Shown here: positions 12,201 through 25,758 of the stretch, piece after piece
How positions within the stretch are numbered: the first letter of the stretch is position 1
Layout of the letters: each line of letters opens with the position of its first letter
From: Octopus sinensis
Lineage: Eukaryota
Reading direction: 5' to 3'
DNA: 64,000 nucleotides
Assembly (NCBI RefSeq): GCF_006345805.1
Contig: NC_043011.1
Coordinates: 32,996,464-33,060,463 of the forward strand
Translations under genes and position numbers: made by a program
The notes under the pieces: generated by a model
The model's input: only the letters and a program-made list of their open reading frames with translations
Told to the model about the DNA's origin: nothing
The model's database searches: none

Positions 12201-15200
12201 GGTGTTGGTTTGTTTATGCCCTTGTAAATTAGCAGTTCGGCAAAAGATACTGAATAAGTCCAAAACTTTAAAAATTAGTACTGGGGTTGATTTGTTTGAC
12301 TTAACTCTTCAAAGTGGTGCCCCAGCATAGCTGCTGTCCAACAACTACAAGTTAATGTAAGCAGACATTTCACTTTAAATTATGTTGCTTATAATTTTTT
12401 TTTTTTTTTATATTTGGTTTGCAAGATACTTTATGGGAATTCGTGTGTCGAAGCATATTTTATTATCTGGAGAGAGTCATTCTCTTTTAGTGCCTTATTA
12501 ATTTAACACACTCACCGGTCTGATTTCCACTTGTTTACTTATTTATTTATATATAAATGAGTGGAAATCAGACTGGTGAGTGTGTTAAATTAATAAGGCA
12601 CTAAAAGAGAATGACTCTCCCCAAACAATAAATTATGTTACTAATACTTATACCGAATCATAACAGCATAACTTACTGTTTCCAGCAAACTTAAAATTTA
12701 GTAATTTTCTTTTTCTTTTCTTTTCTGTCTGTCTGTCTCTCTGTTTTTTTTTTTTGCTTTGCTTAATTCTCAATCACGTTAACTGTGTATTGTAAACATA
12801 AATGTGTTCAATATTTGCAGAGACTTCACATTGAAGCTTGAAAAAGATGACACAATTTTCGCTCCAGATCATGTACATCAAAATAGAAATGGTACAAGGG
12901 AACCAGTTGACACATCCTTTGTATATAAAGGAACAGTGTTAGGTAACTAATTTCAATTTGCATTCTTTTAAAAATAACGACTGTTTACATTTTAAACAAG
13001 AAAACACGCTTTTGATTTATTGTTACACCATTCTGAAATACATAAGTATTTCATATTAAAATATAAATCAAAAACAGGAAAAAATATCATTTTTGCTCAT
13101 GGTTTTATTTTCTGCTGTAACAATAAATCAAAATTATGTTTACCATGACTGTATATTACGTCAGTGTTTGAGCACAATAAACCTGTTAGAAAATACTCTC
13201 AGCATAACAAAGAGCTTGTCAGTTTGTTTAATCTAGGCTTTTTGAACCTCTTAACTTATATACATGCAGTTTTTGTATGTAATGTATTCATTATTATTAA
13301 AAACACTCAATGTTGATTATTTCTGGTCAGATTTGCTGTACTTGATAAGGTGTGTCAAGCTAAGTAAAATAGCTGTCTTCCACACATCCAGGCTTGTCCT
13401 TTCAGGTGCCAGTGCTTTGTAAATATACCTGTTCCACTGCTGTGTAAATGCACCCGTGCCAGTGGTATGTAAAAATGCACTCAACACACTCTGTTAAGCA
13501 GTTGGTGTTAGGAAGGGCATCCAGCCATAATAGAAACCATGCCACAACAGACAGCCAGGGTCTGGACAGCTCCCATGTCAAACCGTCCAACCCATGCCAA
13601 CATGGAAAACAGATACTAAACAAAAAGCTGAAGCTAACGTTTGGATGGTAATGGTGTTTGCCAACAACACTTGGTACATTGGTGTGTGTGTGTGTGTGTG
13701 TGGAAGTAGGTGATTACTTCAACTGATGTAAGGAGTGAAACATTTAATGTTTCATACTATAATGTGTATGTGTGCGTGTGCTAAATGCGTGAGAAGACTC
13801 ATCAAACCGAGTGAAATTGCAGTCATGGCCAGTGCTGGTAGGCACATAGAAACACCTATGCTGGTGACGCATAAAAGGCACCCACTACACTCTTGGAGTG
13901 GTTGGCATTGGGAAGGGCATCCAACCGTAGAAACCAAGCCAAATCAGACTGGAGCGTGGTACAGCTCTCCAGCTTATCTGTTCCAGTCAAACAATCGAAG
14001 CCTATGCTAGCTTGGACAGTGGATCCCAAATGATGATGATGATGGTACACTGTTTGTTTTATGTTTAGTTGTAATAATAGCAGTTTTACATTAATTTGAT
14101 GGGTTACTCTATACTTGTGTAGAGCTTAAATTTAATTTTCTTATTCAAGAATGTTGGATTACGGAGCATTGGAGCTAGTTTTGCTTTTGTGTGATCTCTG
14201 TTGAGTTAAAATCATTTTTGGCTATACAGGTTTTGGAATGGGGTGGTAGTTAGGTTTTTATGGAAAGGTGTTTTGAAAATATCTCTATTGATTAAATTGG
14301 GGTTGCAGTGGTTCCCAAAGTGGGCAGTATTGCCCTCCCCTGCTGGGGTGGTGGTAAGTTTCAAGAGGATATTGAAGAAAAGTGGGACCATAAAGATTCA
14401 TGCAAAAACAACAAATTAGGTTAAGTTTTATTTGTGAAATTCAGTTGCTTTGAATTTGCTTCAGAAAGGGGTCTATGTTTGTGATGGTTAGTTGAGGTGG
14501 GGGTGCTAGTTGTGTGGTCAGGGTGTCAAGAGGGTAGCAGCCTCTAGGTGTTTCTCTTTTGTTAGGTGGGCATAAAATGTGACAGAATTTTTGCTGCTTT
14601 TCTATTACTGGATTTAATCCTTTTGCTTTCACAATATAAATCACAAAGGTACAAAAACCAATATCAGTTATAGGGTGCAGCAACTTTTTTTCTCACAAAA
14701 GAATTTAGGCTGGTCCTGACTTTATTTGTTGCTGTTGTTATTATTATCCTGTTTTCATTTATAAGGTCAGGGTTATTAGTCAGGCATGTCCTATTTTTAT
14801 ACATGAATATATGCACACCTTTCTCAGCTCTACTTTAGCATATAAAACCTAAAGAAATTTTTGAAACAAATGCCAAAGAAACTCTGCCTTTACACAACTG
14901 GAAGTTTAAAATCCCTGTTTATGTGTGTGTGTGTGTGTATATATATATACTAATCAAATTCCTTATAGAACAATGAACACCTATGGAGAAATATAAAAAC
15001 CTACAACTTCTACTCAAATTCTTTTGTGAATGTCAGAGCGCAAGAGATACAATTTTCTGTTCTAACAAAAACCAGAACATGTCTCGAGAATAATAAGTAT
15101 AATGTGTATGTGTGTGTGTGTTGAATTTAAAGTTAAAGAATTAAGTTTTAGAAACTAGGCGTTAAATGCTGTATCCAAGCCTTGTTTCAGAGTAAGCCCC

Positions 15201-18200
15201 AGGTGGTGTGTCTGTGGCTATCAGGCATCATCAGCAATACATTTTTAGATCTACGTCCAGAAATTCCAGGGTGCACATAGGGTATATTTTAACGATGAAT
15301 GGAGAAGACGGAGTGTAAAAGCATTTATTAGTACAACAATTGTTTTAGCTTCAAGTTGCACTGCTCCCTAATGGGCATGGAACAATGCAATAATAGGAGA
15401 TGCAACACACAGTGCAAAAACACCCCTTCGTGTGGCATAATATGCTTATTTACATTTCAATTTCACAAAGGTAAATGGTTGTATTTAGAGGCTCTTTTGC
15501 ACTCTGCGTTGCATCTGGTGTTATTGCATCATTCCACACCCGTTAGGGAGCTGTGCACCTTGAAGCCAAAACAATTGTCATGCTTTTTGTTATATTCTGT
15601 TTTCTCCATTAATCTTTAATATATATATATATATATATATATTGTTTCAGTCAGTATGGCTGTGGTCATGCTGGAGCACCACCTTGAAGGGTTTATAGTT
15701 GATCAAATGACCCTAGTACTTATTCTATCGATCTCTTTTGCTGAGCTGCTAAGTTATGGGGATGTAAACAGACCAATACTGGTTGATATGACGAGCTTCT
15801 TTTAGTTTCTGTCTACCAAATCCACTCACAACAATTGTTGTACTAATAAATGCTTTTACACTCCGTCTTCTCCATTCATCGTTAAAATATACCCTATGTG
15901 CACCCTGGAATTTCTGGACGTAGATTTAAAAATGTATTGCTGATGAGGCCTGATAGCCACAAAACTATTGTCCAAGGTACCATGCTATGGGACTGAACCC
16001 AGGACCATGTGGTTGAAAAGCAAGTTTCTTACCACACAGCCACACCTGAATCTTTGTATATATACTTTATTTTGATTTCTAGTGGTGTGCCACATTCTTA
16101 TAATGCTTCATTATGTCAGAATAGGGCGGGGGTTCCAAGCAAATAGTGAAAACTGATCATTATTGATATTCTGATCACATTCTTAGAATAAATCTATTTG
16201 AATCATGATGTTCAGAGTGCTGTTAAGATTATTAATCCCAACTACAAGCTGTTACCTAATTCTCTTCAGAGAAATTTCAAGTCTGTACAACCATATTTAG
16301 AGGAGTGCCCTCTCAACACTGTTGTCCTCTGTTCTCTACATGTAAACAATGTATATTTGCAGTCTGATATATGTTTACCTGTGTAATTATATCTTTATTG
16401 TTATCTACTTGTTATAGATAATTTTATAGATAATTTGAGTAATTCCTTTTATTAATTGCTATTAATTGTTGCAACTGTAATTAAATGTGAATCTATTTGA
16501 TTATTCCCTGATATTTCTGATGTTTCGATTTACAAAATATCTGACTCGATCTTCATGAATTAGCTAATTTTATGGAGTGGAGTTGGTAGGGGAGGCTGTA
16601 AAAGCTTAAATTCTGTCAGATTGTAACTGATATTTTTTATTGTTTAATGTTCTTTGGTTTGTTTCTTATCACCACCCATTTAAACTATTTCCCAAATCAT
16701 ATTCAATATGGGAGATAATTTCAGGTAATTATCCTCAGTGATGTTTAGTTCATATATTGAAATATCTCTCATTTATATCTACTTTCGGGCGCATGGCTCA
16801 GTGGTTAGAGCGTCGAGCTTACGATCGTGAGGTTGTGAGCTCGAATCCCGTACTGGGCTGCGCGTTGTGTTCTTGAGCAAAGCACTTTATTTCAAGTTGC
16901 TCCAGTTCACTCAGTTGTAGAAATGAGTTGCGACGTCACTGGTGCCACGCTGTATCAACCTTTGTCTTTCCCTTAGATAACACTGGTGGCATGGAGAGGG
17001 GAGGCTGGTATGCATGGGCGACTGCTGGTCTTCCATAAACAACCTTGCCCGGACTTGTGTCTAGGAGGGTAACTTTCTAGGTGCAATCCTATGGTCATTC
17101 ATGACCGAAGGGGGTCTTTACCCGTATATTACATTGTTTCTTATATGTGTGAGAACTGATGTCACATCACAACACATCTTACTGCTTAAGTAGGATGTGT
17201 TGTGATGTAGTTAATACTTAAGTAGTTAATACTTTGCCTACAATTGAAGATGATACATACTCTTTTAAAAAAATACCATGAAGAAAATACATACTCTTAT
17301 TTTTATTTTTTTTCTCTTCCTCAATCTCTATAGTTCTTCCACTGCTTTTTCTCACATTTAAAATCTTGAAATAGATTCAGTGTTTTGTCAATTCTCTACC
17401 TGGTTACTTCCTTATTGTCACACGAAATCCTAATCCACCAAGGATCTACTGAATCAGAAAGTGGTCTGATTAAATTTTATTCAGTACATTTGGTTATAAT
17501 ATTCAACATTACTCATCAGTGTTTAATTTTGATTTTATTTCCTGAGATATATATATATATATATAGTAAAAGTAATTAAGATTCAAGTGAGTTCTGTTGA
17601 ATTCACATGAATGAGGTACTTAACTTAGATGCACCAGAAATCTATATGGTATTAACCATAAGATAATGTGGGGTGATTATAAGCAAGAAAAAAGCAACAA
17701 AAATGGATCAATATTTCGGTACAATTGTTTCGTACGAAGACACCTTTATTAAGGCTGCAAATATTGCAGCAAATACACGTGGCCCGTACTCATCAGCCGA
17801 AAAAACATCTGAGTTCTCAAAACATCTAAGGGGGTGAGGCTACACTCATGAAACATTCGGGATAGTTCTATAAAAATCAGATTTAGATAATAAACAGACA
17901 TCCAAAGTTCTCTAATGTTGCAGAGTCAAATAACAGGCTTTAAAAAAGTATTTTAAAAAACCTCTTAGTTTCACAGAAATTGAAAATGTAAATCCATCCA
18001 TAATAATGACGAATGTTTGAATTCTGGAGATATGAGGAGAGATTTCATACTCACAGACGATGTATTTATCCATAATTAGTTCATAATAAAGTGGGTTTCC
18101 TGATGTATGAAGGTATGCTGTTTGCATTTCTGATCATTTTTCAAAACTGCTATGTTAGAATTTGTTGAAGGAAATTTAGTGGAGCGTATAGACAATCACT

Positions 18201-18344
18201 CACAAAGGGTATAAAGGGTAACTGAGAAGGAATGGGATTGTGATTGTGATTACAATCACAATCCCATTCCTTCTCAGTTACCCTTTATACCCTTTGTGAG
18301 TGATTGTCTATACGCTCCACTAAATCTTTGTTGCTTTTTTCTTG

Positions 18345-18388
<44 letters not shown>

Positions 18389-18405
18389 TAATCATGTAAT
18401 AAGAA

Positions 18406-18474
<69 letters not shown>

Positions 18475-18649
18475 TTATAGAAAGAGCTTCTACAGGACTA
18501 GAACTGTTTCATTCAAAAGAAATCGATGATTTCTTTTGAATGAAACAGTTCTACTCCTGTAGAAGCTCCTTCTATAAAATAAATTAATTTACTGTGCTAT
18601 GTATTGAGTACCTTATTTACTGTGGTTAACCCCGACTCAACCCGGGACC

Positions 18650-18693
<44 letters not shown>

Positions 18694-21600
18694 AGCAGAA
18701 GAAATATAACAAAAGCTGTTACTCAGTTTCATGTTCCCGATCGTTGATGAACGGGAACATGAAACTCTTTTGTTATATTTCTGCTGCTTTTAAATAAAGC
18801 ATATTACTCTACACTCTGGTATTTGAGTGCTCTCTTTTCCACCTTGTTTCACATTTATGTGCTTACTCCGGTGTGTATATATATATATATATATATATAA
18901 AAGTTATGGTTATTTATAGAGGTTGTTATGGCCAATCAGAGAGTAACCATTGGTTTTGTACCTATAAAGCACTTAGCTGTATGGGTGACTTGTCAGACTC
19001 AAGTGGAAGAAAATTGTTGGTATTTCAGTTATTCCATTATGATAGTTTCTGCAGTCAAGAATTAAAATCAGTAAATAATTAGAAATTATAACAAATTAGA
19101 TCATCATCAGATGAACCACGACCTCATATGAATGTATGTTGTCTTGTAGAATTGCTCAGTTTTCTGATTATTGAATGGTATGAGGTTAAAGGCATATTTT
19201 ATTAAAATATGTACTCCAGTTGCTTTCAGTGTGTACAATTAAGCCATTCTAATATCATTCCCTGAAAGATACTCATAGTTATTATTAAGCAAATTAGACC
19301 TTAACTCTTAAATTTGGTTGATTCTACACGAGGGCCATACATTTCCTATTATGTTATTTGTTGTCATATTATGATGCAATTGTCAACTTTTTATTTCTAA
19401 ACTTCAATATATTCAATATTAAGTTTGCTTATGACCTGCTGAATGCCATTTCAAATTTATGCAGTTCCTACATTGCTCTTTTGATTCGTATATCATCATC
19501 ATCATATAGATATCAGATATTATTTCTTACTTTACCATGTACAGAGGTTATTGTGACATCATTTAATGGTATTGTTCTTTCTTGTTAGATATACAATCTT
19601 TTATTTCCTAACTATTACATTGACATATGTTGTTGCACTTAAGATTTGTATTATGAAAAGCCATTTGTATGATAAGGATAGTATGTTATCATTATCACTG
19701 CAGTCTTCTAAATTGCATTTAGCTATTGTGCTCTGACTGGTCTTTGTATTATCATAATCACCTGAATGACATCATATACATTACTTATGAAAACCGTCAT
19801 TTACCCACCAGGTTAGCCCTGACTGAGCAGACACCTATGACAGAAAGCATTATACATCTAGGATCACACAATCCAATGTATCCTTCATCTTATTTCTTTA
19901 TTGCCCACAAGGGGCTAAACATAGAGGGGACAAACAAGGACAGACAAAGGGATTAAGTCGATTACATTGACCCCAGTGCGTAACTGGTACTTATTTGATC
20001 GACCCCAAAAGGAGGGAAGGCAAAGTCAACCTCAGCGGAATTTGAACTCAGAACGTAGCAACAGACGAAATACTGCTAAGCATGTTGCTCGGCGTGCTAA
20101 TGTTTGTACCAGCTTGTTGCCTTTATCCCTCATCTTATAAGATGGCTAGTTGTAATTGGAGGGACATTTGGTTTCTATTCTTAGTAGGTCAAGTGACTGT
20201 AAAGAGATATCCTCAATGGCTCTTGAAAAGCATAGTTTTCTGTGTAAGCTGTGTATTGTGCAGTAATATTACATTGCCAATTTTAAAAGTAGTTTTGAAC
20301 CTGAAATCTATACACTGGAGCCATGCTATATTGCCATTTAGGATATCAAAAGGATGTGTTATAATACTATTCCACATATACAGAAACAGTCGTACCAACA
20401 ATCCAATAATACTATTCTACATATACAAAAACAGCCATACCAACAATCCAACATACCTCCGCCATCAGCTGTCTTGCAGATATCATTATGGTTTCGACAC
20501 CTGGGGAAGTACCATTCAAGCTGGTGGTGTCAACAGCACTAAAATAAGTGTTGTTTGGGAACAAGCAAACCAATGAAACCACAATTTTCAAACACATTTA
20601 CCCTATGTATAACCGTATCAGTAAATAAATTCAATGAGTAAATTACAACCAACTCCTAAATACGTAACTAAACAGCAACCAATCCATTAAATCATACAAA
20701 AGTTATAATCCCTACTGTCTCCCATAGTATAATATAAAAGTGAAAGCTTGATAACCACATTCATTCATTCAATCAATCAATATATAGGCAGGATTAAACA
20801 CTAACTTTAATAAAACTACAACAAAGAAACCTATAAACCAATGTACATCGTATCGGTATTAATAGTAAATTGCAATAACTAAATTATATGCTAAATTACG
20901 ACCATTCTTTAAGTTCATACAAACAATAATCCCACTGGTCTTCCATAGTTACTACTATAATAAAAGTTAAAGCTTTATATAAATCTCACCAAAACAAAAC
21001 AAACACGATTGAAATTAATTTAACTAATAGTATAATAATTATGAGTGAAATACTTTATTTCATCATTCAAAAGTTAATAATAAAACACTACATACTCATT
21101 AATATATCACCGCTACAAGCTATAATATTAAATTACCAATAGAAACATTAAATTTAATTAAATAGGAACTAATAAAAGTACTTGTAATTAACTATTATTA
21201 TAAAACCTTGCTATATTTAAAACTAATTAAAACTGTTTAAAAGATAATAAAATTACAAGTATCATCACTTGCATGTTTTATCAGACACACAGTTCCTATC
21301 ACCAGGAATTTAAAGGACCAGCTTAAATATTGATGATGTAGTGTGTAATTAGTACTTCATCAATTGTCCCAAACAATATTGGTGACGTAGTAAGCAAATA
21401 ACCCGAATTGTGCAAAACCCTATTTCACTTGGCTTAATATGTGATAAGAAATGGTATAAGCTATCTTAAATTTTTGTCTTCTTGGCCTGTTACATAAACA
21501 TTTCTTGAGTTCACCATATATCTTAACCCTTCATCATATAAACCAGCCGTATCTGGTCCAAGTGTTCTACCTGTTTTATGTTCATACTGTCCGGATCTTG

Positions 21601-24600
21601 CCTTTTACACATACCCTACCATGTCATTCTAAAAATAAACAATCACTTCATCAAAAACTCAAAGCTACCAGTTAATGCATAATTAATTCAAAACAATGTG
21701 AATAAAGAAGTGATACATTTGACAGAATAATTTAAATGCTAATGGGTTAATGTTGCCCCATTATAATCCAGTAGTTAGGCATCCGTAAAACAAAAGTTGG
21801 CTTGTCCTAAAGCAGAGCTGAAGAAAATCTGGAAAGAGCAAAAAGAAAAGGCTTAATGACTTACAACATTATATGTGGATTTGGTTAAAGTAGAGCATGT
21901 TATTTAGAATTTTATCACTGTTTAGAAAAATCTGATAGTTGAAATTAATTCTTGTCTAATACCAGTGTTATACACAAGTAAATAGGAGCTAATTGCCAAA
22001 CTAAAGTATAGACATTATGAAATTGTTTTTTTTTACTTATTTTTGTTATCTTTTTCTGGGTTTACTGTACAGTCCTTCTTCAAGCATTTTACTGATTGCT
22101 AGATATTTTTCAGAGAGAGAAAGAGAGACTCCTCTAGTAACTATTTATTTTGGTGGATCACTGAATACACTTCTGTAGCTTAATTATGAATTTCTTTTAA
22201 TAATTGGTTTTGTGTTAATGTTAATTATAAAGGCAGTAGATTGTCAGAATTGTTAGAGGCTTCTACAAATTGCCTTGTGGATAGAGTATCCTGTTGAAGT
22301 CAGCTTGCCTTCTCATCCTTCTGAGGTAGATAAAATAACATAGCAATCAAGAACTAGGTCCATTTTATTTTTTATATCCCACCCCAATAAAAAGGAAAGT
22401 AAAAAAAAAAATCACTATGTGCCAATGTTACAACTTAATAATAATTATTTTTCAAACATTTTCAGGTTATTCAAATAGTAAAGTATTTGGAGTAATTATA
22501 GCAAAATTATTTCGTGGGGAAATTTCAATCCCAAATGAACCAACTTATCATATAGAGCCTTCCACAAGATTTTTCAGTACAAAACAGCCATTCCATTCAG
22601 TAATTTACTCTGAAAAAGATCTCAATGTTGATCCATATAAGTAAGTATTTTACATTTTCTTTTAAATGGTTTTTAACATATTTTCAGTTTGCAGCCATTA
22701 GTGAAAACCTACAGCTTTTTATAATGTATAAAGGAAATAATCTTTTTATATGCAAACATGAATTCATACAGGAAAACTATCCAGAGAACAGAATATGTAT
22801 TTCTGACACACTCAATGTGCCAGTTTTCTTTCCTACATTTCCTCTGCACTTTTTGGTTTCTTGCCAAAAGAATCACATCTTTCTTTGCCAAATCTACCTA
22901 CCCATACACTTTTCTACCCAGAGGGTTCTGTAAGCAGTGCTTCTGCAGCCAAAATCAACATATTCATTGCTCCACACTGCCTTTAAAGTTCACTCTATTC
23001 ACATACACAAGAAAAAATTCCTCTCTATTCACTTTTGCCTATTTTTCAAGGGAAATTTACTATAATCTCTTTAGAAAGGTAAATTACTAGTGTCCTTTAT
23101 AAGCAGATTATTACATCACATTCAAGCTGGAGCCAAACACAAATGTCAGGGATTATTTAGATCAGAAGAAAGCAGTTTGCTTAATTTCATTTATATTTAG
23201 CAACTATACTTTAAGGCTTAGGATTAGAATTTTTTATAGTAAGGACATTTTATTAAAACAGACATTATTATGTTTGTGAAAGATTACTTTTGTATATTGT
23301 CTAAGGAGTAGCAGTAGTGGCTGTAGCTGCATAAGGCTTTGTTTGACTATGATTTGCATATGGCTTGATGAATTTTGTGTTAGGACACCTGTAAGTTAGT
23401 GTTTGATAGGAATAGATGAGCAAAAGAGGAGTTTCGGAGAGATGTAGTACTGGGAGATGAGTTTAGTAGGAATGGTGAAAGATATAAATCCAAACCATTG
23501 AGTTTTGGACAATTTTGAGGAATAAAGATCAATGTATTTGTGACAGACGATATATAGGGAGACAGCACATTGGTCACTGGTAGTGAAAGTTTTTTTTATA
23601 TATATATATATAGGCAAGACAGGTTGGAATGTATTTGTGCATGGCAGTTCCACCATCTCAAAAGCAGGAGCAATACTCTAGTTTATATTGTAATTGTAGA
23701 GGGTTAGCATATTTTCTGGACCTCTAATACATGTTAACTCAGTATTGTATATATTTTATACAGAGAAGGTGTGAAAGTTTTAACTATGTTGTGATCATAT
23801 ATAGTATGTAGTTTTTCTTTAACCCCAAGTCAGCTCCACTTTACCAATGTTAGACTTGCGACCAAAGGATTTCCAATCACGACTATTCCATCTTATTAAT
23901 CTGGGACAATATCATCTCCTGATTTAAGACGACATTGTGTAATTTGAGGGAAATTTGGCTACTATTTCTAATGGGTCAAACAACTAAGTAAAGGTTCCTT
24001 TGTTGACTCCTATTATGGCAGTTTTCTTGATATATGTAATTATGCTAGTTATCTGAATATAAAACGGAAAAAATAAAGTAAGTTCATTTTAGAAAAGATG
24101 TCCAAATCTACTGTTCATGTGGATATTCCAATTTGTAAAAAGAAAAATAACCAGGCTTTATTAGCATTGAACATAAAAAAAAACCCATTTTGGAAGATTG
24201 ATAAAAACAAAAATAAAATGGTGATTCTGTGTTTCTGTTACCCTCTACATAATGTTATGTGGTACTTATTTCTATAGAGAAAGAAGAGAGAAAGAACAGA
24301 AAGAATTGAAGTTTAATAAAAATATAGGAAGCTGCGCAAATGACGATGTCCACGAATGGATGAAATCAGTTCAGTTATCTGTGATAAAATCAAATGATCG
24401 ACATAAACGGGTAAGGCTTTATTCTTTCTTACTTTTATTCTTTTACTTGTTTCAGTCATATTGACTGCGGCCATGCTGGAGCACCGCCTTTTAGTCGAGC
24501 AACTCGACCCCGGGACTCATTCTTTTTGTAAGCCCAGTACTTATTCTATCGGTCTCTTTTTGCCGAACCGCTAAGTGACGGGGACGTAAACACACCAGCA

Positions 24601-25491
24601 TCGGTTGTCAAGCAATGCTAGGGGAACAAACACAGACACACAAACACACACACATACATATATATATATACATATATACGACAGGCTTCTTTCAGTTTCC
24701 GTCTACCAAATCCACTCACAAGGCATTGGTCGGCCCGGGGCTATAGCAGAAGACACTCGCCCAAGATGCTACGCAGTGGGACTGAACCCGGAACCATGTG
24801 GTTGGTTAGCAAGCTACTTACCACACAGCCACTCCTGCGCCTGAGTAATAATATTTTTTAAAGTATTTATTTTGTTTTGTTTGGGGGGATAAACTTTTAG
24901 CACAAGGTATACTTTTACCTTGTGATAATGGTTATCAGGCAACCAGGCCTCACCAACGGTAATTGTCTCTGTGAAGGACCAGAAGAATTAGCTGAAGTTG
25001 TATGAATTTGAGAGGAAGACACAATGGAAATGTCGGTTTAACTGCCAAAACCACAATTTTTATACTATTGTGGTGATGATGCCTCAAACCATCTGGGTAT
25101 AATTTTGCTGAAATATTTCGGCAAATGAGGAAGACCTCAGTATGATAGCTAAAATATGGATATCAAATCCTTTGTGTGGTACTTACTCCACCTTTATCCT
25201 TTGTCACTTTCACCATTGGAAAGCTTCAATTAGTGACTGGCTCATTGGAATCCTGTAACCTTATGTGATATAAAAACAATAAATGTAGAGCTGGATTGCA
25301 TTGTCTATTTAACTGTTTACTTGCACTATGGTACCTCTTCAGAGAAATTTGAATATAGTCGGCACAAGTGTGGCTGTGTGGTAAGAAGTTTGCTTCCTAA
25401 TCACATGGTCCTGAGCTCAGTGGTACACCAGGCAAGTGTCTTCTGTAGCCTTTTGAATGGATTTAGTAGATAGAAACTAAAAGAATCACAT

Positions 25492-25527
<36 letters not shown>

Positions 25528-25722
25528 CTCTTTTACTTGTTTCAGTCATTTGACTGCGGCCATGCTGGAGCACCGCCTTTAGTCGATCAAATCGACCCCA
25601 GGACTTATTCTTTGTAAACCTAGTATTTATTCTATTGGTCTCTTTTGCTGAACCCCTAAGTTACGAGGACGTAAACACACCAGCATCTGTTGTCAAGCGA
25701 TGTTGGAGGGGGACAAACACAG

Positions 25723-25758
<36 letters not shown>

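Noticed and set aside
14307-14700. Second hAT MITE
   Set aside because: Only a left TIR-like CAGTGGTTCCCAAA was seen; no matching right end or TSD.
17830-18170. GIY-YIG remnant upstream of the 17714 hammerhead
   Set aside because: Only vague resemblance in translation; not supportable without a profile search.
20560-21300. Mitochondrial insertion (NUMT)
   Set aside because: The composition is suggestive, but translation with the invertebrate mitochondrial code gave stops and no recognisable gene or rRNA motif.
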